A model generated the notes under the pieces. It saw only the letters and a list, made by a program, of their open reading frames with translations. It was not told the origin of the DNA and did no database searches. A DNA stretch of 64,000 nucleotides from an uncultured virus (IMG/VR IMGVR_UViG_3300042691_006655) (taxonomy: Duplodnaviria > Heunggongvirae > Uroviricota > Caudoviricetes): the IMG/VR virus record IMGVR_UViG_3300042691_006655; one strand, written 5' to 3'. Positions 19,058-29,123 of this stretch are shown piece after piece. Position 1 is the first letter of the stretch, and the number at the start of each line of letters is the position of its first letter. The position numbers and the translations under genes were made by a program.

Positions 19058-20682
19058 TAGAATTCATCTCCAAGAGCAAGACCAAGAGCAAGAACATCAG
19101 CACCACTAGGTGTATTACCATAAACTAGCCAAGAAGTTCCGTTGTAAATAATATCTACTTTGATTCCTGTATAATTTAATGCTACGTTAGATGCAGCATT
19201 ATTAATTAAATTACCATTTCTACCTAAAATTAATGGATTAGATTGAAAATCTGCACCATCTACTACAGTAATCTGAGCACCAATAGATGGCGATGGTGGT
19301 AATGTTAATGTCCAACTACCACCTGACGTATTAGCAATAATAGATTCACCTACGTTTGCTGACCAGTTTGCAGATTTGTTTAGCCATCCACCCGCTCCAG
19401 CTGTAAATGTTAAAGTTTTAGTAGAATTATCTGTTTGAATAGACATACCAGAACCAGCCACAAATGTTAACGATTCTGTATTAGATGCAGCTGCTATAGT
19501 AGTTTGACCAGCCACAACGATATTTTTAAATATAAACTGACTAGAACCTTTATCAGTATTTTCTATTGTGATAGCAGTAGATCCATTATAAGAAGTTCCA
19601 GATAATCCAGTGCTAATTGTTAACGCAGGAAGATTATTACCTAGTGTAACTCCTGATATTGTATTGGCAGCAAGTTTAGAAACAGCAATTGCAGCTGATG
19701 CATTAATATCAGCATTTACAATTGTTCCATCTGCAATCATAGCAGATGTAACTGTTCCAGTATCACTAGAGCCTACTAACGTACCAGTAGCTGGAACAGT
19801 TACAGAGGAGCCACCAGCAGGGGCAGTAATTGTTAAATTACCAGTGTTAAGAGTTATAGTTCTACCGCCATTATTAACACCAGTACCACCATAAGTTGAA
19901 TCGACAACTGTTCCTTGCCAAGTACCAGTAGCTATTGTACCTACAGAAGTTAAAGAAGAACTAACTACGCCAGATCCAAGAGTAGTTGCATTTAGAACAG
20001 AATTACCAGCAATATAATATGCTTTGCCAGTTAATAAATTTAAATGTTCAGAAGATGTCCAGGCATCAGTTAAGTCTACCCAGTTAAATGTTTTATCAGT
20101 AGTGCCTTTTAGTGTGATACCACCGCCATCAGCACTAACATCTGTTGGCGAAGCTGTAGAACCTAATTCAATGTTTTTATCATCTACAGATAAAGTAGTA
20201 GAATTTAAAGTAGTTGTAGTTCCATTAACTGTTAAATCTCCAGTAACAACTAAATCTTTATTAACAGTTACTGTTCCGCCATCATTATCACCAAGATTAA
20301 TATTAGTTGTAGAACCTGCTGCTCCACCAGTACCAATATTAATAGTTTTAGTATTACCAGAAGCAACCGCTCCAGTAGAAATATTTGTAGTAGATGACGA
20401 AGTGCTAGCATAACCTATTGTTATCGTAGTAGGAGTAGCAAACGCAGCAAAAGTCGCATCATTAGAATCTACACTTGTTCCAATAATTGGTGTAGTTAAA
20501 GTTTTATTTGTAAAAGTTTCAGTGCCAGCTAGAGTAGCTAGTGTGCCAGTAGCAGTAGGTAGGGTTAATGTAGCACCATTATTATAAATGCCACTGCCTG
20601 TTAAGTCCATGTTATCAGCGACTGCAAGCTCCCTTACAGTTTCTGAAACTGCGTCAACAATTAAAGGAAAACGATTTGCCAT
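19057..20682 (-). CDS. Fibre-like virion protein with C-terminal gp9/gp10-like domain
   Basis: Thr/Gly-rich; GDLTVNGTTTTLNSTTLSVDDKNIELG module; C-terminal ANTSGGSWTLTLPPSPSIGAQITVVD...RNGNLIN. Confidence 0.7.
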   Translation of the reverse strand: MANRFPLIVDAVSETVRELAVADNMDLTGSGIYNNGATLTLPTATGTLATLAGTETFTNKTLTTPIIGTSVDSNDATFAAFATPTTITIGYASTSSSTTNISTGAVASGNTKTINIGTGGAAGSTTNINLGDNDGGTVTVNKDLVVTGDLTVNGTTTTLNSTTLSVDDKNIELGSTASPTDVSADGGGITLKGTTDKTFNWVDLTDAWTSSEHLNLLTGKAYYIAGNSVLNATTLGSGVVSSSLTSVGTIATGTWQGTVVDSTYGGTGVNNGGRTITLNTGNLTITAPAGGSSVTVPATGTLVGSSDTGTVTSAMIADGTIVNADINASAAIAVSKLAANTISGVTLGNNLPALTISTGLSGTSYNGSTAITIENTDKGSSQFIFKNIVVAGQTTIAAASNTESLTFVAGSGMSIQTDNSTKTLTFTAGAGGWLNKSANWSANVGESIIANTSGGSWTLTLPPSPSIGAQITVVDGADFQSNPLILGRNGNLINNAASNVALNYTGIKVDIIYNGTSWLVYGNTPSGADVLALGLALGDEF

Positions 20683-23204
20683 TAAACTAGTACCCCTATA
20701 TTTTGTGTTCTACCATAGACTGTTAATTGTCCACTAGAAATAACAATTGGAGTAGCACTACTTGGAGCCACATCACCTCTCTTATATACTAAGAATTTAG
20801 ATGACGAGGCAGTACTCTCAATAGTAATTGTGTTAGCATCAGTCCTTGTAATATTTATGTTAGATCCAGCAGCAAGTTTTACATCATCAGTACTTGCGTT
20901 AGAATCAGTTAAACGAATATTCGCACCACCAGCTACGGTTTCTGCTGATATGCTATATGTTGTATTTGAAACAGATTCACTTGCAGTACTATAAGATTGA
21001 ACATGACCATATGTATCAAATGTTAATCCTGTAACATATGTTCTACTGCTTGCAGTTAAATTACTAACAGAAGAAGTATCTGCGTGGGCTACTGTAAAAG
21101 ATGTTCCCTCACCAGCTGCACCAGTTACAGTTATTCCATTACCTTGAATAACTTCTGAAGCATAATTTCCTGTAGTATCAACACCGAGAGCAACAGAGTT
21201 TGCTGCAATTGTAGCTGTTAATGTTCCACCAGCTAGATTAGTTAAAGTTAATGATCCAGTTAAATCTCCACCTAATGTAATAGTTGGAGAAATTCCAGTT
21301 ATAGTTGGAGAAACTAAAGTTTTATTTGTTAAACTTTGTGTGCCACTGGTAGTAACAATTGGAACTAGATTATGAGTTAATGTTCCAGAAATAATATTGT
21401 AATCACCATTACCTTGAGTTCCATTACCACCACTAGCATTAATTCTTACATCAAATGCTACAGGTGTCGAACCTGTGTTATAATTAATAGTGGCAGTAGA
21501 ACCTGTTGCAGAATAAGTTGTTGTTCCGCTTAATGTAACTGCAGATAAAGTTTTATTTGTAAGAGTAGCAGTACCAGTTTCTGTTACTAATGTATGACCG
21601 CCTCCACCAACTGGTAAAAGTGTAGTATTAGTGCTATGAGTAAACGCTATGCCAGACGCATGCGTTTGCATAGAAGTCTGATTTAAAAATAAACTTGAAC
21701 CAGAAAGATATAAATCTTTAAATTTGTATGTAGAAGAACCTAGATCATAAGTTGCATCAGCACTTGGAATTAAACTGCCAGATATTGTAGCTCCAGCAAT
21801 TGTCTTATTTGTTAATGTTTGTGTATCTGAAGAACCAACAACATCACCAGTGGGTAAAGATTTGCCTAAAACTTGTGTCGCAGAAAGAACTGTTGTTCCA
21901 TTTATTTTATAAGTTTTACCTGATGCTAAATCAAAATTTTCTGACGATGTCCAAGAACTTGATGCTTGAACCCAATTAAATGTTTTATCAGTAGTACCTT
22001 TTAAGGTAATACCACCGCCATCAGCTGTATTATCTGTAGGAGTTCCAGTAGAACCTAGTTCTAAATTTTTATCATCAACGGTAACTGTTGTAGAATTTAC
22101 AGTTGTTGTAGTTCCATTAACAATTAAATTTCCACCAACAGTTAAATTTCCTGTCGTAGTAAGAGCAGCAAATGTAGGTGAATCGTTTGATCCAATTCCA
22201 AGATCTGGTGTATAACTTGTTCCAGCAGAAGTGCTAACAGTTAGAACACCAGTTGCAGAGTCAAAAGAAACTCCAGAAACTCCAGCAACTGCAGTAGTGC
22301 TCGCAGCTGTAATTCTACCCTGTGCGTCTACAGTAATAACTGGAACTGCAGAAGAAGTACCATATTGCCCTGGAGTTACTGCAGTATTATCTAAATTAAC
22401 AGTTACTGTATCTGTAGTAACAGAAGTAGATAAACCAGTACCACCAGAAATAGTAAATGTATCAGTTGCTAACGCTACGCTAGTATTAGAGCCAGAATCT
22501 CCAGCTACTGTTAATGTTGTTGAAATTGATGCTGTACCAGCTGCAGTTAAACGTCCTTGCGCATCAACAGTAAATGTTGGTATTGCTGTTGCTGATCCAT
22601 AAGATCCAGCAGTTACTGTAGTATTATCAAGATTTAATGTTACAGTATTATTTGTTACAGCAGAAGATAAACCAGTACCACCAGAAACAGTTAATGTATC
22701 TGTTAGCATGCTAACAGAATCAGTTCCAGTATCACCAGCAATGTTTAAACTAGAGGCTACAGATGCAATAGTAGCTGCAGTTATTTGACCTTGTGCATTA
22801 ATTGTTAGTACAGGAATCTCAGTAGCAGATCCATAAGAAGCAGCAGTTACTCCTGTATTTGATAAAGCAATTGTTACTGCGCCTCCACCATTATATGATG
22901 TTCCAGATAGACCAGTACCAATTGTTAAAGAGTTTGTAGCTGTGGCAGTAATTGTTGTAGAGCCACCAAGAGAAACAGTCTGTCCATTAATAGTTATAGA
23001 ACTGTTAGCTAATTTTGCGTTTAATATTGCACCATTAGCTAAATTGGCAAGATCTTTTCTAAGAATTTCATAACCACCAGGAGTAGTGCCGTCATGAAGT
23101 CTTAATGCATAATTGGTAGTATCAACTGTGAGTTCAGCATTTACACCAGTAAATGATGTATGTTGAGCTGCTGTACCTCTTCTAAGTTGAATTTGAATCG
23201 CCAT
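20682..23204 (-). CDS. Long fibre protein with Mtd-N-like N-terminal domain
   Basis: IQLRRGTAAQHTSFTG...HDGTTPGG N-terminus; three VT(A/P)xxYG...P..TVDAQGRITAA repeats; TLTNKT repeats. Confidence 0.75.
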   Translation of the reverse strand: MAIQIQLRRGTAAQHTSFTGVNAELTVDTTNYALRLHDGTTPGGYEILRKDLANLANGAILNAKLANSSITINGQTVSLGGSTTITATATNSLTIGTGLSGTSYNGGGAVTIALSNTGVTAASYGSATEIPVLTINAQGQITAATIASVASSLNIAGDTGTDSVSMLTDTLTVSGGTGLSSAVTNNTVTLNLDNTTVTAGSYGSATAIPTFTVDAQGRLTAAGTASISTTLTVAGDSGSNTSVALATDTFTISGGTGLSTSVTTDTVTVNLDNTAVTPGQYGTSSAVPVITVDAQGRITAASTTAVAGVSGVSFDSATGVLTVSTSAGTSYTPDLGIGSNDSPTFAALTTTGNLTVGGNLIVNGTTTTVNSTTVTVDDKNLELGSTGTPTDNTADGGGITLKGTTDKTFNWVQASSSWTSSENFDLASGKTYKINGTTVLSATQVLGKSLPTGDVVGSSDTQTLTNKTIAGATISGSLIPSADATYDLGSSTYKFKDLYLSGSSLFLNQTSMQTHASGIAFTHSTNTTLLPVGGGGHTLVTETGTATLTNKTLSAVTLSGTTTYSATGSTATINYNTGSTPVAFDVRINASGGNGTQGNGDYNIISGTLTHNLVPIVTTSGTQSLTNKTLVSPTITGISPTITLGGDLTGSLTLTNLAGGTLTATIAANSVALGVDTTGNYASEVIQGNGITVTGAAGEGTSFTVAHADTSSVSNLTASSRTYVTGLTFDTYGHVQSYSTASESVSNTTYSISAETVAGGANIRLTDSNASTDDVKLAAGSNINITRTDANTITIESTASSSKFLVYKRGDVAPSSATPIVISSGQLTVYGRTQNIGVLV

Positions 23205-23213
23205 TGTTATTCC

Positions 23214-23468
23214 TTACGCTATGGTTCCACCATCTACGAGTGCAACTGCATTTATTGATTCGGTTATAAATCCAGCATCTAAGTAAGGAGATCCGCTTGA
23301 TCCACCTCCACCAGCACCAGCTGAAAATGACTCTATTTGATTGTTGGTATTTTTAAAGTATAGTTTTCCATCAGCGTAGTTAATTGCTAACTCGCCATAT
23401 TCTAAGTCTGTGGTTAATGGAACTTTAGCCGCAACAGACGACTTTTTAAGTAAAACTTTATTTGCCAT
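23214..23468 (-). CDS. Small fibre-associated protein (possible adaptor)
   Basis: LLKKSSVAAKVP...GELAINYADGKLYFK domain, Gly linker, C-terminal DAGFI...DGGTIA. Confidence 0.6.
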   Translation of the reverse strand: MANKVLLKKSSVAAKVPLTTDLEYGELAINYADGKLYFKNTNNQIESFSAGAGGGGSSGSPYLDAGFITESINAVALVDGGTIA

Positions 23469-23499
23469 TCTATACCTTAAAAAAGGAATTCACAAAGAT

Positions 23500-23519
23500 A
23501 AGGGAGTAAAAACTCCCTT
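23500..23519. terminator. Intergenic hairpin (weak terminator or mRNA stability element)
   Basis: AAGGGAGT-AAAA-ACTCCCTT perfect 8-bp stem; poor U tract in the coding (minus) direction. Confidence 0.5.
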
Positions 23520-23530
23520 TTACTTTCTAT

Positions 23531-26500
23531 TTAGTATGTACCACCATCAATGTTAAATCCATCTAAAGTACTAGAACTTGCGCCAGCACCTGTTAGATTT
23601 GCTGATAAAGTAACATTTCCAGTAACACCTAATGTTCCAGATGCACTAAGATTAGTAAATGCACCAGTGCTTGCAGTAGTAGAACCAATTGGTGTATTAT
23701 TAATAGAACCACCACTAATAGAAGATCCAGAGAATGTTTTATTAGTGAATGTTTCAACACCTGCCAAGGTAGCTAATGTACCAGTAGTTGGTAATGTTAC
23801 ATTAGTAGCTGCAGTTGTAGTTAATGTTAATGAATAAGCACCAGCAGTTGTAAATGCGCCTGCTGTTGTAATATTACCACCAAGAGTTATGGTGTTAGAA
23901 CCATTATTAACTCCAGTGCCACCATATGTTGGATTGATAATATTAGCATTCCACGCACCAGTAGTAATTGTGCCTAGTGTGGTAATTGTAGATTGGCCGA
24001 TATAAGTTGATGCGATATCGATAGCATCAGCAGTAACAGTAATTCTGTCGGCAGTGCCACCAATATCGATAACACCAGAAGTATACGTTAAACCATTACC
24101 AGCGACCGAAGATTTTAATTGTAATGCATCAGACGCAATTTCAATACCACCATTAGCTGCAACTACAACATCTAACTGATTACCAGTTTTAGTGATAGCA
24201 TCTCCAGCAATAATTTGCCCTGCGCCAGAGAATTGAGTAAAGATTAATGGATCTGTTCCAACAACTTGTGGATTATCAGAAGTGATAACGAAGCCAGCAT
24301 CAGCATTTACTGTACCTTCTTCAACGAAGAAGAATACTCCAGCTGTAACTTCATAAGGTTCATCAAAGTCAGTAGCACGTGACCACGCTCCAGCTGCAAC
24401 AACATAGACACCATTTTGCGAAGATGTTGTTTGATTTTTAGCCAGAACACGATTACCAACAACTAACGATACGCCATCAACTGTCTGAACACCAGACAGT
24501 GTTAGATTTGCAGTAGAAGCAGCACGAACAGATTGTTTTACATCTAGACCAGAACGAGCAGCATCAACATATGATTTAGTTGCAGCGTCTTGTGGATTTA
24601 CTGGATCAGCAAGATCAGTAATTCTATTGGTTGTTCCTAGAGAAACATTACTACTAAATGTAGAAGTTCCAGAAACTGCAAAGGTTCCACCAACACCAGT
24701 ATTACCTGTTTGGGCATCTACTGTAAATTTATTAGTATTAACTGCCAAATCATCAGCAATTCCAACAGTTCCACTAAATGTAGTATTACCTGTTACACCT
24801 AATGTTCCACTTACTGATACATTGCCAGTTAAAGTAGAAGCACCAGTAACACTTAATGTACCAGCAACAGCAGTATTTCCTGTAGTAGCGTCTATTGTAA
24901 ATTTATTAGTATTAACGCTTAAATTGCCTGTAACACCAAGAGTAGAAGTTACTGTTAAATCAGAATTTACCGAAACTGAACCAGTTCCATTTGGATCTAA
25001 TGTAATATTGCCATTAGTATCTGTAGAAGAAATTGTATTACCATCGATACGAATATTATCAACATCAAGTTGAGTAATGCCAGCTAAAGATGTCGAAGTA
25101 GCACCAAGAGAAACAGTTGTAGAACCAAAAGTTACAGAACTGTTAGTAAGAGATGCATTACCAATATTGGTTAAGGTATTAGTAGAACCACTAATAGATT
25201 TATTTGTTAATGTATCGGTAGTCGCACGACCAACTAATTGGTCAGTTGCAGCTGGTAGGGTTAATGTGCCAGAAGCAGTTGCCGATGCAACAACTTGTGT
25301 TTCACCAGTAGTACCACCAAAATAAGCACCAGTAGCAGTAGTACGAAGGCTAGTAATAGTTGGACTGCTGGATAAAACAACATTAGCACCACTACCAACA
25401 TAAGAACTAATAGAGTTGCCTTGAATTTGAAACACATTACCAGTAGCAACTGCAATATCAATTGTTTTATTGGTAAGTGTATCTGTAGTCGCACGACCAA
25501 CTAAAGTATCTGTGCTTGTTGGTAATGTTAATGTTCCAGTATTTACAATTGTAGAAATAACTGGAGAAGTTAAAGTCTTATTGGTAAGAGTTTGTGTGCC
25601 AGTAAGAGTCGCTACAGTGCTATCGATAGCAATTGTAGATGTATTACCAACATCACTATTAGTAACAGTAATACCAGTGCCACCAGTAACTGCTCCACCA
25701 ACTGTATCGTAAATGTATTCAGCGAGAGTATCTGCACCAATATTTACGCCACCATTAAATGTAGCTGCTCCAGTAAAAGTAGAAGTGCTGCTGGCAGATA
25801 GAGTTGTAAAAGCGCCAGTGCTCGGAGTTGTATTACCAATTGGTGTATTATTAATACTAGAGAAAGTTGCTGATTGCGCAGTGATGGCAGAACCAACATA
25901 CAATGAACCAGCAATACCAACTCCACCATCAACAACTAATGCACCTGTAGTAGTGCTAGAAGAAGCAGTAGTTGCATTAATATTAACAGTTGTAATTTTA
26001 GAATCAATGTCTAGACTATCAGTGTCTAGAGACATTGCATTAGTGCCATTAGTTACAAATGTTAATGTGTCGTCAGAAGCACCTGGAGAAGATTCGGCTG
26101 AAATGTATGTTAAACCATCAACAGATTTAACACCACCTAATGAACCCCAAACTGTTCCAGAATAACCTTCGAAAGAAGATGTATCAGTATTATAACGAAC
26201 AGTTCCTTGAATAGCTGGTCCACGTTGAGCAGTGGTACCAACTGGAATTACTAAACCATTTGTTCCAACAATCTCAACATATCCAGTTCCATTAGGATCT
26301 AGTGTAATGTTACCATTTGTATTTGTAGAACTTAATGTATTTCCATTTAAATCTAAATTATCAACTTTTAAATTATCTAATTTAGAATCTGAATCTACCA
26401 CCAAAGCAGAATTTGCTGTTAAAGTTCCTTTGGTATGATCCAACATATCGGTAAAGAATTTACCACCGATAATAACATGATTGGCTGCATTACCAGATGT

Positions 26501-26641
26501 TTCACTACCCATACCAATGTATAGGCGATCACCACCATTTGAGCCATTATCTGCTAATGCTGAATACGCTAGTTCACCTGCTCCTAGCGTAGCTGGGTTA
26601 CCAGATGTAGACGATCTTTTAATTCTTATAATTGACGCCAT
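23531..26641 (-). CDS. Large tail/neck fibre protein (1036 aa)
   Basis: IIRIKRSS...GELAYS N-terminus, TLTNKT repeats, DPVNPQDAATKSYVD and GLDVKQSVRAA...QNGVYVV...WSRATD modules, ends IDGGTY. Confidence 0.75.
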   Translation of the reverse strand: MASIIRIKRSSTSGNPATLGAGELAYSALADNGSNGGDRLYIGMGSETSGNAANHVIIGGKFFTDMLDHTKGTLTANSALVVDSDSKLDNLKVDNLDLNGNTLSSTNTNGNITLDPNGTGYVEIVGTNGLVIPVGTTAQRGPAIQGTVRYNTDTSSFEGYSGTVWGSLGGVKSVDGLTYISAESSPGASDDTLTFVTNGTNAMSLDTDSLDIDSKITTVNINATTASSSTTTGALVVDGGVGIAGSLYVGSAITAQSATFSSINNTPIGNTTPSTGAFTTLSASSTSTFTGAATFNGGVNIGADTLAEYIYDTVGGAVTGGTGITVTNSDVGNTSTIAIDSTVATLTGTQTLTNKTLTSPVISTIVNTGTLTLPTSTDTLVGRATTDTLTNKTIDIAVATGNVFQIQGNSISSYVGSGANVVLSSSPTITSLRTTATGAYFGGTTGETQVVASATASGTLTLPAATDQLVGRATTDTLTNKSISGSTNTLTNIGNASLTNSSVTFGSTTVSLGATSTSLAGITQLDVDNIRIDGNTISSTDTNGNITLDPNGTGSVSVNSDLTVTSTLGVTGNLSVNTNKFTIDATTGNTAVAGTLSVTGASTLTGNVSVSGTLGVTGNTTFSGTVGIADDLAVNTNKFTVDAQTGNTGVGGTFAVSGTSTFSSNVSLGTTNRITDLADPVNPQDAATKSYVDAARSGLDVKQSVRAASTANLTLSGVQTVDGVSLVVGNRVLAKNQTTSSQNGVYVVAAGAWSRATDFDEPYEVTAGVFFFVEEGTVNADAGFVITSDNPQVVGTDPLIFTQFSGAGQIIAGDAITKTGNQLDVVVAANGGIEIASDALQLKSSVAGNGLTYTSGVIDIGGTADRITVTADAIDIASTYIGQSTITTLGTITTGAWNANIINPTYGGTGVNNGSNTITLGGNITTAGAFTTAGAYSLTLTTTAATNVTLPTTGTLATLAGVETFTNKTFSGSSISGGSINNTPIGSTTASTGAFTNLSASGTLGVTGNVTLSANLTGAGASSSTLDGFNIDGGTY

Positions 26642-26655
26642 CTTTTATTTCTCCG

Positions 26656-26907
26656 TTAAAATTCTCCACCTTCCATGTTTTGAGCATCGAGGGTGCGTGT
26701 GGATGTCCATTTATTTGTGTTAGTTTTATATACCAATAAAGAACCATTTAAAACGCCTTGAGATGTAACATCTACATCTCCTATGCTAGAAATCGATTCT
26801 ACTACTGCAGGGTTGGCTAAAGTACTAGAAGCAAGTATAAATGAATTCTCTGATACTGCTACAGATAATGATTCTTCTGGACTAACTACTGCTATTGTGT
26901 CTGCCAT
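26656..26907 (-). CDS. Small virion protein
   Basis: IGDVD...NGSLLVYKTNTNKW, ends MEGGEF; in the fibre operon. Confidence 0.6.
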   Translation of the reverse strand: MADTIAVVSPEESLSVAVSENSFILASSTLANPAVVESISSIGDVDVTSQGVLNGSLLVYKTNTNKWTSTRTLDAQNMEGGEF

Positions 26908-26908
26908 T

Positions 26909-27241
26909 TTATCTTGTTATCTCTGGTGTAACTGTTACGATACCTTCAACTACTCGAGTTTTAACTCCAATAGGTGAAGTGATTTCTACATCATATAACC
27001 ATCTACCAGCAGGAATAGCTGATGATTGTGAGTCAGTTAATTGTAATCTAACTTTACCTTGTACTGCCTGATAAATTGATGCTGTAAAATTGTAAACTGT
27101 TGTAGATTGATAAGACTTTCTCATTGAGGATGCAACAGTGTATCCAGTTAGATCTAATGCTTGACCATTAGTTGCTGAAACTGTGATTATGTTACTGTAA
27201 GTTGATCCAGCGTCTACGAAAAGATTGCTGATAGTTGCCAT
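26909..27241 (-). CDS. Conserved virion structural protein (Ig-like, BppU-N-like)
   Basis: NLFVDAGSTY, LDLTGYT, GRWLYDVEI, RVVEGIVTVTPEITR. Confidence 0.7.
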   Translation of the reverse strand: MATISNLFVDAGSTYSNIITVSATNGQALDLTGYTVASSMRKSYQSTTVYNFTASIYQAVQGKVRLQLTDSQSSAIPAGRWLYDVEITSPIGVKTRVVEGIVTVTPEITR

Positions 27242-27268
27242 GTAGAATTCCCAAACTTGTATACTTCT

Positions 27269-27276
27269 TATTTATA
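27269..27276 (-). promoter_or_regulatory. Late promoter TATAAATA
   Basis: Exact consensus 27 nt upstream of the ATG at 27241, just after a terminator. Confidence 0.85.
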
Positions 27277-27294
27277 ATTCCACATACTGCAAAT

Positions 27295-27318
27295 AAAAAA
27301 TCCCTCGTCAGAGGGATT
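27295..27318 (-). terminator. Rho-independent terminator after the Gly-rich fibre cluster
   Basis: Minus strand AATCCCTC-TGAC-GAGGGATT followed by TTTT. Confidence 0.85.
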
Positions 27319-27343
27319 CTTTATTAAAAAATTATAGAAAATA

Positions 27344-27601
27344 TTACTCTGGGGTTTGTTCGGTTTCTTCAGCTTCTGGCTGAACTAAATCGATTCTTCC
27401 TTCAGTAATACTCCAAACATAAGTAAAATCTGGATTTGAAAATGTTCCATCAGCAAATTCCCAACCAATACCGACTGGAGCATCTGCGATTTCGACAAAT
27501 TCTAAACCTTGTTGATTAATGTCAGTTTGTTGAGGTACAGTTGCATAAACTGTAACATTTTCTACAATACCATTTCTAATATGAGCTACATTGTGTGCCA
27601 T
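27344..27601 (-). CDS. Small fibre-associated / assembly protein
   Basis: AHIRNGIVENV...VGIGWEFADGTFSNP, a type of small ORF that follows Gly-rich fibre genes; GGAG ribosome site. Confidence 0.6.
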   Translation of the reverse strand: MAHNVAHIRNGIVENVTVYATVPQQTDINQQGLEFVEIADAPVGIGWEFADGTFSNPDFTYVWSITEGRIDLVQPEAEETEQTPE

Positions 27602-27614
27602 TTAATTTCTCCTT

Positions 27615-28376
27615 TTACCACAATCCGTAAATTTCTTCAACAATAACAGAACCATTTGAACCTGCTGCACTAAATCCGCCACCAGATCCATAAATTCCTT
27701 TACCTGCTACGCTCGATGATCCACCGCCAGGTCCACCACCAGATCCAGTAAATGCATATGATTGCGCACTTGCCTGTGGGCTAAAATATCCGCTTTCACC
27801 TTGTGGAACGAAAAATCCATATGCCCCATAACCAAATTGCGAACCACCAACACCACCCTGACCACCTGCTATTAACGCCCCAGAACCAGATCCAGAACCA
27901 CCAGATCCACCTGTATTGCTACCACCAGCGCCACCACCTGTTGCAGCTACATATGCTCCAAAAGATGAAGTGCCACCACTTGCGTTTACACCACCACCAG
28001 CACCAACAGTAACAGTAACAGTTGTAGTAATTTCTGATATATCTAAAACTCTAATTGCAATACCACCAGAACCACCACCACCACCGCCACCTGCGTTAGA
28101 TCCACCACCCCCGCCACCATAACAAGTAACACGGATACGTTTTAAATCAGTTTTACCAGTAGTAGAATATGTAGCAGAGCCAGCAGTTGTAAAATATTCT
28201 GTTCTTGTCCAACCACGTGCGCGATCTTGACGAGCTGTAGGAAAACCGCCAGCAGTAACTCCATCGTGAACAACTGTTACTTTTTTGTCGGTATCTAGTG
28301 TAACTTCACCCAATACGCCTGTAAAAGCTGCATGTTGAGCAGTAGTACCTCTTCTTAATTTAACTTGTTTTGACAT
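27615..28376 (-). CDS. Gly-rich adhesin/fibre paralogue C (Mtd-N-like plus glycine-rich domain)
   Basis: MSKQVKLRRGTTAQH...HDGVTAGG; RVTCYGGGGGG; GGTSSFG; GSVIVEEIYG. Confidence 0.75.
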   Translation of the reverse strand: MSKQVKLRRGTTAQHAAFTGVLGEVTLDTDKKVTVVHDGVTAGGFPTARQDRARGWTRTEYFTTAGSATYSTTGKTDLKRIRVTCYGGGGGGSNAGGGGGGGSGGIAIRVLDISEITTTVTVTVGAGGGVNASGGTSSFGAYVAATGGGAGGSNTGGSGGSGSGSGALIAGGQGGVGGSQFGYGAYGFFVPQGESGYFSPQASAQSYAFTGSGGGPGGGSSSVAGKGIYGSGGGFSAAGSNGSVIVEEIYGLW

Positions 28377-28893
28377 AGTCTATTTTCCTTATACAAATCC
28401 GTAGAATTCTTCAACAATAATACATCCTTGTGCACCAGAAGCACCATTACCACCTCCGCCACCACGAACGCCAGTTGCTGATACACCAGAACGATTGCCA
28501 CCAAATCCAGCACCAACCATTCTGCCTACAGAATAAGAAGAATTTCTAGCTGGGTATTGTGAAGTTTCTCCCTGACAAGCGCCTTGACCACCTAATGTAT
28601 AAACTGGATTTCCAGAAACACCACCACCAGCACCACCAGCACTTCCACCAGCACCACCAGAATATCCAGAACCTGGACTACCACCTGTTGCACTAATATA
28701 AGATCCAAATGAAGTAGTTCCACCAGAAGAACCTGAACCAGCACCAGAACCAATAGTGACAGCTACGTTAGTAGTTAAATCGGTTACTTCTAAAACAACT
28801 TGAGAAATACCACCGCCACCACCACCAGATTGAGCACCACCGCCACCACCACCACCATAACAAGTAACACGGATACGTTTTAAATCAGTTTTA
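28114..28893. repeat. Perfect 42-bp direct repeat shared by paralogues C (28114-28155) and B (28852-28893)
   Basis: ccaccataacaagtaacacggatacgttttaaatcagtttta at both positions. Confidence 0.9.
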
Positions 28894-29108
28894 TTTGTTA
28901 ACGTCCAGGTACTATTAGAAGTAAAAATTTCCATTCTAGTCATACCACGTGGGCGATCTTTTCTTAATAGTGGAATACCACCAGCAGTAGTTCCGTCATG
29001 AACTACTGGAACATCTTTATCTGTATCTACAGTCAATTCTCCTGCGACACCAGTAAATGATGCATGTTGAGCAGTAGTACCTCTTCTAAATCTAACTTGT
29101 TTTGACAT
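28389..29108 (-). CDS. Gly-rich adhesin/fibre paralogue B
   Basis: Same architecture: MSKQVRFRRGTTAQH, RVTCYGGGGGG, GCIIVEEFYG. Confidence 0.75.
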   Translation of the reverse strand: MSKQVRFRRGTTAQHASFTGVAGELTVDTDKDVPVVHDGTTAGGIPLLRKDRPRGMTRMEIFTSNSTWTLTNKTDLKRIRVTCYGGGGGGGAQSGGGGGGISQVVLEVTDLTTNVAVTIGSGAGSGSSGGTTSFGSYISATGGSPGSGYSGGAGGSAGGAGGGVSGNPVYTLGGQGACQGETSQYPARNSSYSVGRMVGAGFGGNRSGVSATGVRGGGGGNGASGAQGCIIVEEFYGFV

Positions 29109-29123
29109 TTTTGTTATCCTCTA

